From an uncultured bacterium (lineage in GTDB: Bacteria; Chloroflexota; UBA5177; JANWHV01), in NCBI GenBank assembly GCA_963729625.1, contig CAVSOU010000011.1:224001-288000 (forward strand): 64,000 nucleotides of DNA, written 5' to 3'. Each line of letters begins with the position of its first letter. Positions within the stretch are counted from its first letter, which is position 1. A program made the position numbers and the translations under genes. Shown piece by piece: positions 29,580-40,263 of this stretch. The notes beneath the pieces are model-generated. The model was given only the letters and a program-made list of their open reading frames with translations. It made no database searches and was not told where the DNA came from.

Positions 29580-30567
29580 CGCCTGACTCTCCTGCACTCT
29601 CAGGGACGGAGGCACGCGTCCGCAGCGTCAGCGGTGGCCGCGGCTCCGTATGCACCACCAGTTCGAAAATGTCGGGCCGTGCGTAGTGGCCCGCAACATC
29701 CAGCATCCATTTTGAACCGCGCAGCTGGCGCGGGTCGATCTCGGCATAGAGGATTTCCTCCCGCTCATGCGCCGGCCCGGCCACAATCTCACCCTCTGGA
29801 TTCACGATCGCGCTGTCTCCCGCGTTGATCCATTCCGCGGCGCCTGCGTAGAACCTTTCCTTGAGCGGTCCTTCCGGAAGCTGATCCCTGCGCAGGACCA
29901 TACAGGAGCCGAGCACTACCATGCGCCCTTCTTTGGCGATGTGCCGCAGTGTGGAGAGCCAGGGTTCGCCGCGGTCCCAGGTGGCCGCGACGTATAGCTG
30001 CACGCCCTGAGCGTACATGGCGTAGCGAGCCAACGGCATATAGTTTTCCCAGCAGGTCAGGCCGCCCAGTCGGCCGAATGGCGTATCGTGGACGACGAGG
30101 CCGCTGCCGTCGCCCTGCGCCCAAACCAGCCGCTCGCCGCCAGTCGGCACCAGCTTTCGGTGTTTACCCAGAATTCGTCCGTCGGGGCCCATATAGAGGA
30201 CGGTGTTGAACAGGCTGCCGCGGCTCCCCTCGACATTGCGTTCATTGATGCCCATCACCACGTAGGCACCGGCATCTTTCGCTGCCAAGCAGAGGGCCTC
30301 GGTGGTCTCGCCGGGCACGTCGACCGCCTGGTCGAGCAGCTCAGCGTACATGTCTGCGAGCATTCCGTCTTCGCCCGCCGGCACGGCCCAGACCCAGTCG
30401 GGGTAGGCGGGGATGAACGCCTCCGGAAAGGCAATCAGTCGTGCACCTTCGCGTCCGGCCTCGGCGACCAGATCGCACGCCTTGGCACTCGTCGCAGCGC
30501 GGTCGAGGAACACCGGTGCTGCCTGCACGATCGCGACCTTGAACGGCGTTTCGCGTGCATAAGCCAT
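29506..30567 (-). CDS. Nitrilase (carbon-nitrogen hydrolase)
   Basis: Triad E-K-C: FPEAFIPAYP, HRKLVPTGGER, CWENYMPLAR; also GHYARPDIF. Start MAYARE has an SD. Confidence 0.93.
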   Translation of the reverse strand: MAYARETPFKVAIVQAAPVFLDRAATSAKACDLVAEAGREGARLIAFPEAFIPAYPDWVWAVPAGEDGMLADMYAELLDQAVDVPGETTEALCLAAKDAGAYVVMGINERNVEGSRGSLFNTVLYMGPDGRILGKHRKLVPTGGERLVWAQGDGSGLVVHDTPFGRLGGLTCWENYMPLARYAMYAQGVQLYVAATWDRGEPWLSTLRHIAKEGRMVVLGSCMVLRRDQLPEGPLKERFYAGAAEWINAGDSAIVNPEGEIVAGPAHEREEILYAEIDPRQLRGSKWMLDVAGHYARPDIFELVVHTEPRPPLTLRTRASVPESAGESGDERGRHLEIRAADGATDDRGHRGA

Positions 30568-30583
30568 CTCTTGCTTTCCTCCA

Positions 30584-31189
30584 CTACCGTGAATCCACGG
30601 TGCGAATTGCCCTGCGAGAAGCTGCCCGCGGCAACGCATCGCGAAACTCCTCCATCCTCTTCCAGTCTGGTTCAGGCGGCTCGTGATCCAGACGTGGTGC
30701 GTACACAGAGTGGGCAACCAACCGCATCTTGTGGATGTACCGCGGGCAGTTCGGGAAGATGCGTTCAACCGCCACGCGCACGATGAGCTGCGCGCCAGGA
30801 TAGGTCGGTCGGAGTGGGTCATCGTACGAGACTGTGGCACGGCCGTGCACGCGGAGCCGATTGGGATGCTCGAAATCGATGAACAGTAGCGCCACTTGCG
30901 CGTTCACCAGTACATTGCCCAGGCTCCGGAACATGCCGTTGCCGTCGTAGTCCGGGAACGCGAGCGTCCGCTCGTCCACCGCTTGTACGAAGCCGGGCAC
31001 GCCGCCCTTATACGAGCAGTCGGGATGCCCGTGGGCATCCGCCGTGGCCAGGAAGAACATGCAGCAGCGTTCGATGAAGGCGCGGTCGCCGTCCGTGATA
31101 GTGCCGTGCAGGGTCACCTGTTCGAGCCGGTCGGCAATCCGTCGGCTATCGAACCGGTCCTGCAACCTGCGTGAACCTTCGTGATACAT
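30584..31189 (-). CDS. Pyridoxamine 5'-phosphate oxidase-like FMN-binding protein
   Basis: FFLATAD..DCSYKGG..PDYDGNGMFRSLGN..NCPRYIH. Confidence 0.88.
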   Translation of the reverse strand: MYHEGSRRLQDRFDSRRIADRLEQVTLHGTITDGDRAFIERCCMFFLATADAHGHPDCSYKGGVPGFVQAVDERTLAFPDYDGNGMFRSLGNVLVNAQVALLFIDFEHPNRLRVHGRATVSYDDPLRPTYPGAQLIVRVAVERIFPNCPRYIHKMRLVAHSVYAPRLDHEPPEPDWKRMEEFRDALPRAASRRAIRTVDSR

Positions 31190-31376
31190 TGGCCGCGCCT
31201 CCATCGAATCTCGCGTCACGTGCTCGCGCCGGTTGCGTCAGCCGGAACGAGCGAGCCTCTCCGCGTCGGCAGTGCGCACGTCGCGCCGCCGCCGCGTCCC
31301 CAGTGATTCCACCCGTGCTCGGCTCGCCGCGCAATCGCGCGAGCTTTCGGAGCGCGGTTCGCTACGTCTCCCTGCG

Positions 31377-32786
31377 TTATAATGCCGGCCGGATATTCTG
31401 GTTGACATGGAAGAGGTTGGTCGGGTCGTACTGGTTCTTGACCGCAGCCAGGCGTGCGTAGTTGCCGCGGTAGGTCGCCTCGACCCGCTCTTGCCCCTCG
31501 TCCATCATGAAGTTCACGTAGGCGCCGCCCATGGAGTAGGGATGCAGCGCCTCCCAATAGGCGATGGTCCAGTCCTTGATCTTTGCCGCATTGGCCGGAT
31601 CGGGGTCGACGCCCACGATCACCTCTGCCCAGGTGGCATCGCGATAGCTCCAGGCAGTCGCGTGCGGATCGACCCGGCTCGCTGCCCCGTTCACCGGGTA
31701 GAGGTGCATGCTGGACTGCATGGTCGGCAGGGCGGCGGCGTGCGCGATGTGTCGCGCGATCGCCTCGTCGCTCAGCTCTTTGACGAAGTCCGCCCGCCAG
31801 TACCACTGGTGGCCCGGAGGATAGAGCGCGTCGAACATGCCCTGCAAGGCAGGATGCGGCAGCGGACCCACGAAGTCGAGGTCGGGGCCGCCGAATTTGC
31901 TCCGGATGGGAGCGAAGACCGCCTCGGCCCGCTCCGCCGGTCCGGTGTAGCACCAGACCACGCCGCACATCTTCGTGCCGTGCAGGTGCTCCGGGAAGGG
32001 TGGGCCCGGCGGTACCGTGAGGAAGGCGAAGAAGCCGTTCAGATTGTCCGGCGCCTGCTTGATGAAGTCGCGATACCAGCGCAGCACCGCTTCACTCTTC
32101 TCAAGGTGCCAGAGCATCGGTCCGCCGTAGACCGTGCTGACAGGGTGCAGCGTGAACAGGAAGGAGGTGACCACGCCGAAGTTGCCCCCGCCCCCGCGCA
32201 CCGCCCAGAACAGGTCGCTATGCTGGTCGGAATTAGCGGTGACAACGCTACCGTCGGCCAGCACCATATCCACTTCCAGCAGGTTGTCGATGGCCAGGCC
32301 GCACGCGCGTGTCAAATGGCCGATGCCGCCGCCCAGGGTCAGGCCGCCCACGCCGGTGGTGGAGATGATGCCGCTGGGCGTGGCCAGCCCGAAGGCATGG
32401 GTAGCGTGGTCGACCTCACCCCAGGTGCAGCCGCCGGCCACCCGCACCGTACGGGCCTCCGGGTCGACCCGCGTGCCTTTCATGAGCGAGAGGTCGATGA
32501 CGAGTCCTCCCTCGCAGGTGCCCAGGCCGCCGCCATTATGCCCGCCGCCGCGCACCGCCAGCGTCACCCCGTTCTCACGGGCGAAGTTGACCGCCGCGAT
32601 CACATCCGCCACATCGGCACAGCGTGCGATAGCCCCTGGATGCTTGTCGATCATCGCATTATAGACCTGGCGCGCCTGTTCGTAGCCCTCGGCGCCGGCG
32701 AGGAGCACGGTGCCGCGCAGGCTCGCTCGGAGCGGCTGCACCGCGGCATCGTCAAATGTGAACGGTTTCGAAACTTGTTGGACCAT
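31377..32786 (-). CDS. FAD-binding oxidoreductase with BBE domain (6-hydroxy-D-nicotine oxidase-like fold)
   Basis: RGGGHN (covalent FAD His), GVGGLTLGGG, DLFWAVRGGGGNFGVVT, YDPTNLF. Confidence 0.93.
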   Translation of the reverse strand: MVQQVSKPFTFDDAAVQPLRASLRGTVLLAGAEGYEQARQVYNAMIDKHPGAIARCADVADVIAAVNFARENGVTLAVRGGGHNGGGLGTCEGGLVIDLSLMKGTRVDPEARTVRVAGGCTWGEVDHATHAFGLATPSGIISTTGVGGLTLGGGIGHLTRACGLAIDNLLEVDMVLADGSVVTANSDQHSDLFWAVRGGGGNFGVVTSFLFTLHPVSTVYGGPMLWHLEKSEAVLRWYRDFIKQAPDNLNGFFAFLTVPPGPPFPEHLHGTKMCGVVWCYTGPAERAEAVFAPIRSKFGGPDLDFVGPLPHPALQGMFDALYPPGHQWYWRADFVKELSDEAIARHIAHAAALPTMQSSMHLYPVNGAASRVDPHATAWSYRDATWAEVIVGVDPDPANAAKIKDWTIAYWEALHPYSMGGAYVNFMMDEGQERVEATYRGNYARLAAVKNQYDPTNLFHVNQNIRPAL

Positions 32787-33163
32787 GGCTCTCCGTGCCT
32801 CCTTCTGCTATGTTCGCGATTGGTCCCGTGTATCAGACGCTAGCTGTCGATGGAAGGTTGCCTCGCGTGCCGCGCAGTACCCGTATAGTCGAGGAATAGG
32901 CCGGTTGATCACGAGCGGCCAAGGCGCGCTGGCGATGCCCGGATCGGCCTCGTACTTTCGCTGCGATCTGGCGTACCTGGTGGATTCGCGCGACACTGGC
33001 GGTCCGCGGCCCGCTCTTGCGTCGTGCAGCGGGCTCGACTGGCAGGCAGCGCCGGGCCGGACGTGGGCGTGCGGTGGATCGCTGGTAGTTGGCATGTTCC
33101 TGAGCGGACGAGCAGTGTCACCGGCGTCTCCTTGAGGGCAAGGGCTGGCGTTAATGCAGCGAG

Positions 33164-33544
33164 CTATCGAACCAGCTGTTCCGAGGCAATCTGGGACGCG
33201 CCCTCGAAGTCCAAGAAGACGCACGGTTCATTTCCTACAATCCAGGCATCGTGCCCTGGCGGGATGATTGCCACTTCGCCGGGGCCAAGCTCGTGCTCGG
33301 TCCCGTCGTCCATCACCACGTGCATCCGTCCGGATAGCACGTAGCCTACGTGGCGAATCTGGCAGCTCGGCGTCTTGACCAATGGCTTGAGACACTCCGA
33401 CCACTTCCACCCCGCCTCGAATGTGCTTCTGCCGGCGATCACATCACCCAGATTGACCACTTCGATCTTGCCCTTGGGAAAGGCGCGTATCTCATCAGGA
33501 GAGCCTAACTGCTTGCGAATAACACGTTGGCCCGTAGCCGTCAT
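33164..33544 (-). CDS. Cupin-domain protein
   Basis: GWKWSEC...CQIRHVGYVLSG...PPGHDAWIVG. Confidence 0.88.
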   Translation of the reverse strand: MTATGQRVIRKQLGSPDEIRAFPKGKIEVVNLGDVIAGRSTFEAGWKWSECLKPLVKTPSCQIRHVGYVLSGRMHVVMDDGTEHELGPGEVAIIPPGHDAWIVGNEPCVFLDFEGASQIASEQLVR

Positions 33545-33760
33545 GCTCTTGCATCCCCCATCGTGCCGGGCAGGCTGTGCCGTCACCACGTTTCAACTAT
33601 GCGCTGGTTACATCAGAAGGAACAGGTAAAACTACCATGCCGCTAGCATTTTGCCGGTAGCTTGCGCTGGGCGGCTCGCACTTTACGTCGGTAGCCGGTA
33701 CGATCAGCGGTAGCGTCACGTGGCTCGAGGATCTCGTACGACTCTCCACGAGGCAGATCG

Positions 33761-36664
33761 GTGCCGGACATGACGAGTGATGAGCCCGTCCCCTTCGCGA
33801 CCCTGCTCAAGGAATATCGTCGAGCAGCTGGGTTGACCCAGGAGCAGTTAGCTGAGCGTGCTCATCTGAGCCTGCGGGCGGTCAGTGCGCTCGAGCAGGG
33901 GCAGAACCATGTGCCGCGCACCGACACCGTGACGTTGCTGGCCGGAGCGCTCGCCCTGACCGCAGACATGCGAACCCGCTTTACGGTAGCGGCTCGCGCG
34001 CCTGTCGAGCGTGAGCAGCTTCGCATGTCTAACGCCGATCATCGTGCCGAATCGGCTCATCCGCATAATCTTCCGCTGGAGTTAAGCAGCTTTATTGGCC
34101 GCGAGCAGCAGTGGTTGGGCGTGCGGCAGCTGCTGCAGTGCGAGCCTGCCCGGGGGGGATATCGTCTGGTCACCCTCACCGGCGCGGGCGGAAGTGGGAA
34201 GACCCGCCTCGCCCTGCGTGTGGCTGCGGACCTGATCCCGGACTACGCCGACGGCGTGTGGTTGGTTGAGCTGGCGTCACTGCTGGATCCGGCGCTTCTG
34301 CCGGAGGCGGTGGCCTCGGTGGTCGGCGTGCGCGAGCAGCATGTCCGGCCGCTGCGCGAGTCGATCGTCGACGGCCTGCGTGCCAAGCGCATGTTGATCG
34401 TCCTTGACAACTGTGAGCACCTTGTAACGGCTTGTGCCGAGCTCGTCACCACGCTGTTGCAGTACTGCCCCGGCCTGCGCGTCCTGGCCACGAGCCGAGA
34501 GCGGCTGTATATTCCGGGCGAGGTCACCTGGCATGTGCCGACGCTCGCGGTGCCGGATCAGGGCGAACTGCCGTCGCTCGAGGAGTTCTTGCGCTGCGAG
34601 GCCGTGCTTCTCTTCGCGGACCGCGCGCGTGCCGTGCTGCCGACATTTCTGTTGCGCGATCAGGATATGCCCACAGTTGCTCAGATCTGCCGTCAGTTGG
34701 ACGGCATGCCGTTGGCCCTGGAGCTGGCGGCAGCGTGGACCAGCGTCTTGTCAGTGCAGCAGATTGCCACGCGGCTCGAGGATTGTTTTCGGCTGCTCAC
34801 CGGTGGCCCCCGTGCCGGGGTAGGCCGGCAACGGACACTCAAGGCGACCATGGATTGGAGCTATGCTCTGCTCTCCCCAAGCGAACAGACGCTGTTTGCG
34901 CGGCTGTCGGTATTTATCGGCGGTTTTGACCTTGGTGCGGCAGAGGCGGTGTGCCCCGATCAGGTTCTGCCGGAATCAGCAATTCTGCAGGTGCTGGGCG
35001 GTCTGATGGACAAGTCGCTGGTTCAGTTCGAGCGACAGCAGGGCGCTCCCCGCTACCGCCTGCTCGAACCAGTACGTCAGTACGCTGCCCAGGTGCTGGA
35101 GCGCTCCGGCGATCCCGCGGCGATGCGATGCCGGCATCGAGACTGGTGCCTCCGTCTCGCGGAGCGTGCGGAAACTCAGTTGTGGACCGAGGAGCAACAA
35201 GGCTGGCTGGAGCGCCTGCAGCGTGACCACGACAACCTCCGCGCGGCACTGGAGTGGTGCGTGACAGCCGAGGGTGAGGCTGAGATGGGCCTGAGGCTCG
35301 CTCGTGCACTGTGGCAGTTCTGGCTCCTGCGCGGACACTATAGCGACGGTCGCTACTGGCTTGAGAGTCTGCTCAACGTGGCCCCGCCAAACGCACCTCA
35401 GCGAGCAGAGGTGTTCCTCCATGCCTGTGCCCTGGCAGCACGCCGAGACGCTTCAGCGGCCGGCGATCTGGCGGACCAGGGCATCTCAGCCTATCTGGTC
35501 CACCACGATCAGCGGGGTCTGGTGAAGGCCTTGCATTTGCGCGGTATGATCGCCTGGCTGCAGTTCGACTATCAGCGGGCTCGCAGTCTATTCGAGGACG
35601 CGCTCGCACGGGCAGTGGCGGCTGAGTTGTCCGCGGAAGCCGCACTCCTGACCCATTCAGTGGGCTTCATGTGTTGGTGGCAGGCTGACTTGCGGCAGGC
35701 CCGCGTGCTGATGGAGACGAGCCTGCAGCAGGTGCAGGCGCTCGGTAGCGACGCGAGTCTAGCCGCCTCGTTTCTGCATCTCGGTTGGCTACCGGTGGAC
35801 GATGACGCTCTCGCACCCACCGAGATGACCATCGAGAGCTCCTTGCTGCTCCTCAGGCAGTTCAGCGCGCCGGCAATCGCAGCGCACATCGTCGCCAACC
35901 TCGGCAACCTGGCGCGATGTGAGCACGATCACGAGCAGGCCCTCCGCCTTCTCACCGAGAGCCTCCGACAATTTAAGCAACTGGGGGACAGAGTGGGCGA
36001 AGCACAGGTGCTGGGTCAACTGGGAAACCTGGCCAGGGTTCAGGGGGACTACGGCCTGGCGCGTGACCAGCTGGCAGACTGTGTCGCCCTCAGGCGAGAG
36101 ATTGGAGAAAGTCGTGGTATTGCCCACGCCATGGTCAGTTTGGGAAATCTGTCTCTGGCTGAAGGCGAGCCGCGCAGGGCGGTCGCGCAGATCGAGGAAG
36201 GTTTGATGGCGGTCCGCCAGATCCAGGATAAGCCTGCCATAGCGTGGACCGCGGCGAGCTGCGCCTCCTTGGCGCTCCGGGCTGGTGACATGGCCGCGGC
36301 GCAGAGGCGCTATCGCGATCTTGTCGCGCTCTATTGCAGTTATGGCGCCGATCGGCAGGGGCAGGCCCTGGCGATGGCCGGCCTGGGGATGATTGCCGCG
36401 CGCGAGCAGGACTACGGGTCCGCACGATCGTGCACGGAGGCCAGTCTCGATTCATGGCGGCAAGTCGGGGACCGGCGAAGTTGTGCCGCGCTGTCGTTTC
36501 AGCTGGGATGCGTGGCGAGCCTGGCCGGCGATCCCGGTCTGGCAGGTTCACGCTTTGCAGAGAGTCTCACGCACTATCAAGCGCTGGGCGATGTACGAGG
36601 CGTCACGCATGTGCAAGCTGCCATGGCGAATTCGCCCCGCCGCTCGATACGGACGGCCCTCTGA
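33761..36664 (+). CDS. XRE-HTH + STAND NTPase (NB-ARC-like) + TPR transcriptional regulator
   Basis: GLTQEQLAERAHLS; SSFIGRE; GAGGSGKTRLA; LDNCEH; LDGMPLALELAA; C-terminal TPR-like repeats. Confidence 0.92.
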   Translation: MPDMTSDEPVPFATLLKEYRRAAGLTQEQLAERAHLSLRAVSALEQGQNHVPRTDTVTLLAGALALTADMRTRFTVAARAPVEREQLRMSNADHRAESAHPHNLPLELSSFIGREQQWLGVRQLLQCEPARGGYRLVTLTGAGGSGKTRLALRVAADLIPDYADGVWLVELASLLDPALLPEAVASVVGVREQHVRPLRESIVDGLRAKRMLIVLDNCEHLVTACAELVTTLLQYCPGLRVLATSRERLYIPGEVTWHVPTLAVPDQGELPSLEEFLRCEAVLLFADRARAVLPTFLLRDQDMPTVAQICRQLDGMPLALELAAAWTSVLSVQQIATRLEDCFRLLTGGPRAGVGRQRTLKATMDWSYALLSPSEQTLFARLSVFIGGFDLGAAEAVCPDQVLPESAILQVLGGLMDKSLVQFERQQGAPRYRLLEPVRQYAAQVLERSGDPAAMRCRHRDWCLRLAERAETQLWTEEQQGWLERLQRDHDNLRAALEWCVTAEGEAEMGLRLARALWQFWLLRGHYSDGRYWLESLLNVAPPNAPQRAEVFLHACALAARRDASAAGDLADQGISAYLVHHDQRGLVKALHLRGMIAWLQFDYQRARSLFEDALARAVAAELSAEAALLTHSVGFMCWWQADLRQARVLMETSLQQVQALGSDASLAASFLHLGWLPVDDDALAPTEMTIESSLLLLRQFSAPAIAAHIVANLGNLARCEHDHEQALRLLTESLRQFKQLGDRVGEAQVLGQLGNLARVQGDYGLARDQLADCVALRREIGESRGIAHAMVSLGNLSLAEGEPRRAVAQIEEGLMAVRQIQDKPAIAWTAASCASLALRAGDMAAAQRRYRDLVALYCSYGADRQGQALAMAGLGMIAAREQDYGSARSCTEASLDSWRQVGDRRSCAALSFQLGCVASLAGDPGLAGSRFAESLTHYQALGDVRGVTHVQAAMANSPRRSIRTAL

Positions 36665-36896
36665 AGCCTGCGATGCAGGTTCACCTGGATGGCTGCGGTC
36701 GGTGGCTCTTGCACGGGCTGAGGCCTGCGAAGTCTCGCGAAAGGGATACTGGCATTCCGCTATGCAATAGGTACAATAGAAAGATCATGGAGCTGTCACG
36801 ATACGATCATGAACCGATCGGACAATGTAGTCGAAGGCTGCTGCCGCGCGCTAGCCCGATTCAAGATGCGCGGGGACATGCGGAGGAGGAGTAATA

Positions 36897-39800
36897 ATGC
36901 ACCTCGATCTATCTTGGCGTGGCCTGCACCACGTCCGAAACAGTACGCGGTCATGGCGACTAGCTCTGCTCACGGCGATTGTGGCGTTCTTAGCGGTACC
37001 CGCGCTGCATGCGACTCCCGCGTTTGCAGACACGCTGCTCCTGAGCCCAAATACTGGTGCGGTCGGCACCACTGTCTCGGTCAGCGGCTTCACGCCGACG
37101 ACGTTCGCCACGGGGACGCCGATCACGATTTTGTTCGGCAGCGCGTCGGTCGCCACGGCCTACGTCTCGGCTTCCAGCACGTACTACAGCACGACGTTCC
37201 TGGTGCCGAGCACGGCCAGCGGCACGGTGACGGTGACGGCGAGCTCAACCACCTATGGGTACTCGGCGACCGGCACCTTCTACGTGACGGGCGGCTCGAC
37301 CGGCGGTCTGACGCTGAGCCCCGCCACTGGCGCCATTGGCACAAGCGTCACGGCCAGCGGCTTCACGCCGACGACGTTCGCCACGGGGACGCCGATCACG
37401 ATCCTGATTCGGCAGCACGCAGGTTGCCACGGCCTACGTCTCGGCTTCCAGCACGTACTACAGCACGACGTTCCTGGTGCCGAGCACGGCCAGCGGCACG
37501 GTGACGGTGACGGCGAGCTCAACGACCTATGGGTACTACGCGACCGGCACCTTCTACGTGACGGGTGGGTCGACGGGCGGTCTGACGCTGAGCCCGACTA
37601 CCGGCGCCATTGGCACAAGCGTCACGGCCAGCGGCTTCACGCCGACGACGTTCGCCACGGGGACGCCGATCACGATCCTATTCGGCAGCACGCAGGTTGC
37701 CACGGCCTACGTCTCGGCTTCCAGCACGTACTACAGCACGACGTTCCTGGTGCCGAGCACGGCCAGCGGCACGGTGACGGTGACGGCGAGCTCAACGACC
37801 TATGGGTACTACGCGACCGGCACCTTCTACGTGACGGGTGGGTCGACGGGCGGTCTGACGCTGAGCCCGACTACCGGCGCCATTGGCACAAGCGTCACGG
37901 CCAGCGGCTTCACGCCGACGACGTTCGCCACGGGGACGCCGATCACGATCCTATTCGGCAGCACGCAGGTTGCCACGGCCTACGTCTCGGCTTCCAGCAC
38001 GTACTACAGCACGACGTTCCTGGTGCCGAGCACGGCCAGCGGCACGGTGACGGTGACGGCGAGCTCAACGACCTACGGGTACTACGCGACCGGCACCTTC
38101 TACGTGACGGGTGGGTCGACGGGCGGTCTGACGCTGAGCCCCGCCACTGGCGCCATTGGCACGAGCGTCACGGCCAGCGGTTATGCGCCGACCACGTATA
38201 ACGCTGCGTTACCGATCACCATCGCGTTCGGAAGCGCGCAAGTTTCGACGACCTACTCCAACGCGACAACCGGCTACTTCAGCACCTCCTTCTCCGTGCC
38301 GAGCACGGCCAGCGGCACGGTGACGGTGACGGCAAGTTCGACCACCTACGGGTACTCAGCATCCCAGACCTTCAGCGTGGTGGCTCCGCAAATCACGCTG
38401 GGCAGCACCACGGTCACACCGGGCACGTCGCTGACAGTCACTGGATCCGGTTTCACGCCGAATGAGACCGTGACGATCACCCTGCCAACCGGCAGCACCA
38501 CGACTTCGACCGCGGATACGAGCGGAAACTTCAGTACCACAGTCACAATTCCGGCTGGTTTGACCAGTGGCGCAAACTCGATCAGCGCTATCGGTTCCTC
38601 CAGCCAGGTCAAGGTAACCGCATCATTTACGATCGCCGCGGCAACGCTGACGGCCACAGCCTCCTTGGTCAGCGGCGGTGCTGGGGTCACTCTGTCGGGC
38701 ACCGGCTTCGCGCCTGGTGAATCGGTCTCGCTAACGTCCTCTGCTGGCGGTTCGCAGACGGTCGCGGCGAATAGCCAGGGTGCTATCAGCGCAACGGCCA
38801 CGATCGCGTCCACGCAGGGAAGCGGCACGGTCACCTTCACGGCGACCGGCGCCACGAGCAGATTGGTGGCCACGACGAGCGTAACTGTCATCGCCATCGC
38901 GCCGACGGCCACGCCTACGCCAGCGTATATCACGCAGACGATTCACTTTGATCCGCTTCCCAGCCACAACTTCGGCGATCCGCCGTTTACGGTGAGCGCC
39001 ACTGGCGGTGGTTCGGGCAATCCGGTGATCTTCCAGGCGAACGGGAACTGCACGACAAGCGGGCCGAACGGCACGACGATCTGGCTGAATGGCGCTGGCA
39101 GTTGCACGGTCACCGCCAACCAGTATGGGGGCGGTCAGTATGTCAGCGCCGCGCCGGTGGCGCAGACTTTCAGTGTTGGACGCGGCGTGCCGGCAGTTAC
39201 CTGGCCCAATCCCGCGAACATCAGTTACGGTACTCTGCTGGGCGCGCGCCAGCTCAACGCCAAGAGCCAGCTGCCGGGTACCTTCCGCTACTCGCCCGGT
39301 GCCGGCACGCTGCTGCCTGTGGGCGCCAACCAGTATATCGACGTAACGTTCACGCCCGCGGACCAGACGAACTATGCGCCGGCGGTGGTCACGACGCGCA
39401 TCACGGTGGTCCAGGCAAGCCAGCACATCGCGCTTGTGCGACTGCCGAATCGAACGTTTGGCAACGCACCCTTCACGGTGAGCGTAACTGGCAATCTGGC
39501 AGGTACGGCGACCAAGTTTTCGGCGCGAGGTGCTTGCCGGTCCGGCGGCACGAACGGCAGGACGATCAGCCTGCTTGGAGCGGGCAGCTGTACGGTGACC
39601 GCGACGCAGCCGGGAAGTCAGAACTTCCGCTCAGCTACAGCCACCGCGGTGACGTTTCGCATTGCGAAAGCCATGCCGCGGATCACCTGGCCGAGTCTGG
39701 CATCGATCCTGGTTGGGACGCCGCTTGGCAAGAGCCAGCTCAACGCTCGTGCCAGCTTCATCGGTCGGGCGTTGCCCGGGACGTTCTCCTATACGCCGCC

Positions 39801-39924
39801 TGCCGGAACCAAGCTGGCGGCGGGTAAGCGGACGCTCAGCGTGACGTTCACGCCGAACGACCGCACAGACTTTCTGACAGCTAAATCAAGCACCGCGATT
39901 ACCGTGCTGACCAGGAAAGCGTAG
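36897..39924 (+). CDS. Large secreted Thr/Ser/Gly-rich Ig-like repeat protein (~1008 aa), +1 frameshift at ~37406
   Basis: SD GGAGGAGG and signal peptide ending PAFA. Five 91-aa repeats, further Ig-like domains and two pairs of C-terminal beta-sandwich modules. ORFs 36897-38201 and 37477-39924 join if one base is removed. Confidence 0.85.
37041..38380 (+). repeat. 273-bp tandem repeat: four near-identical copies plus one diverged copy
   Basis: Units start CTGAGCCC at 37041, 37314, 37588, 37861 and 38134. Confidence 0.95.
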
Positions 39925-40009
39925 AGCTGCGTGGAGCGTACGTCGAACTCAGCATCGAGCTAGCTCCAGGGTGCCGGGCCAGCCACGGCTGTGTTTCCGG
40001 CGGGACCGA

Positions 40010-40041
40010 GCGGGGAGTGGCCGACGATCGCCACTCCCCGC
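40010..40041. terminator. Hairpin between convergent genes
   Basis: 11-bp stem GCGGGGAGTGG/CCACTCCCCGC. Confidence 0.65.
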
Positions 40042-40053
40042 GAAAGGTGATCG

Positions 40054-40263
40054 TTAACGAGTGACCGGGAAACCCTCCTCGTCGAGCGTTGCCAGGAGCG
40101 TGGCTTCGTCTACCTGTTTGGGGTCATACCGCACTTCGACGCGCTTGGCGGGTATATCCACATGCACGGCATCCACGCCGGTCAGGGCCCCGATGGCGCT
40201 CTCGATCGTGCGCTGGCAATGCTGGCAGGAGATTGCCGGGGCGGTGTACGTGACGGTTGCCAT
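40054..40263 (-). CDS. copZ: Copper chaperone (HMA domain)
   Basis: MATVTYTAPAISCQHC...EEGFPV, with its own SD AAGGAG. Confidence 0.88.
   Translation of the reverse strand: MATVTYTAPAISCQHCQRTIESAIGALTGVDAVHVDIPAKRVEVRYDPKQVDEATLLATLDEEGFPVTR

Noticed and set aside
30568-30840. Extended N-terminus of the nitrilase ORF
   Set aside because: Overlaps the PNPOx-like gene; the start at 30567 has an SD and matches family length.
37407-38201. His/Arg-rich repeat protein in the ORF track
   Set aside because: Out-of-frame reading of the Thr-rich repeats after the +1 indel.
37041-38380. Repeat array as CRISPR or DGR
   Set aside because: The units are 273-bp coding repeats without spacers, and there is no cas or reverse transcriptase gene in the window.
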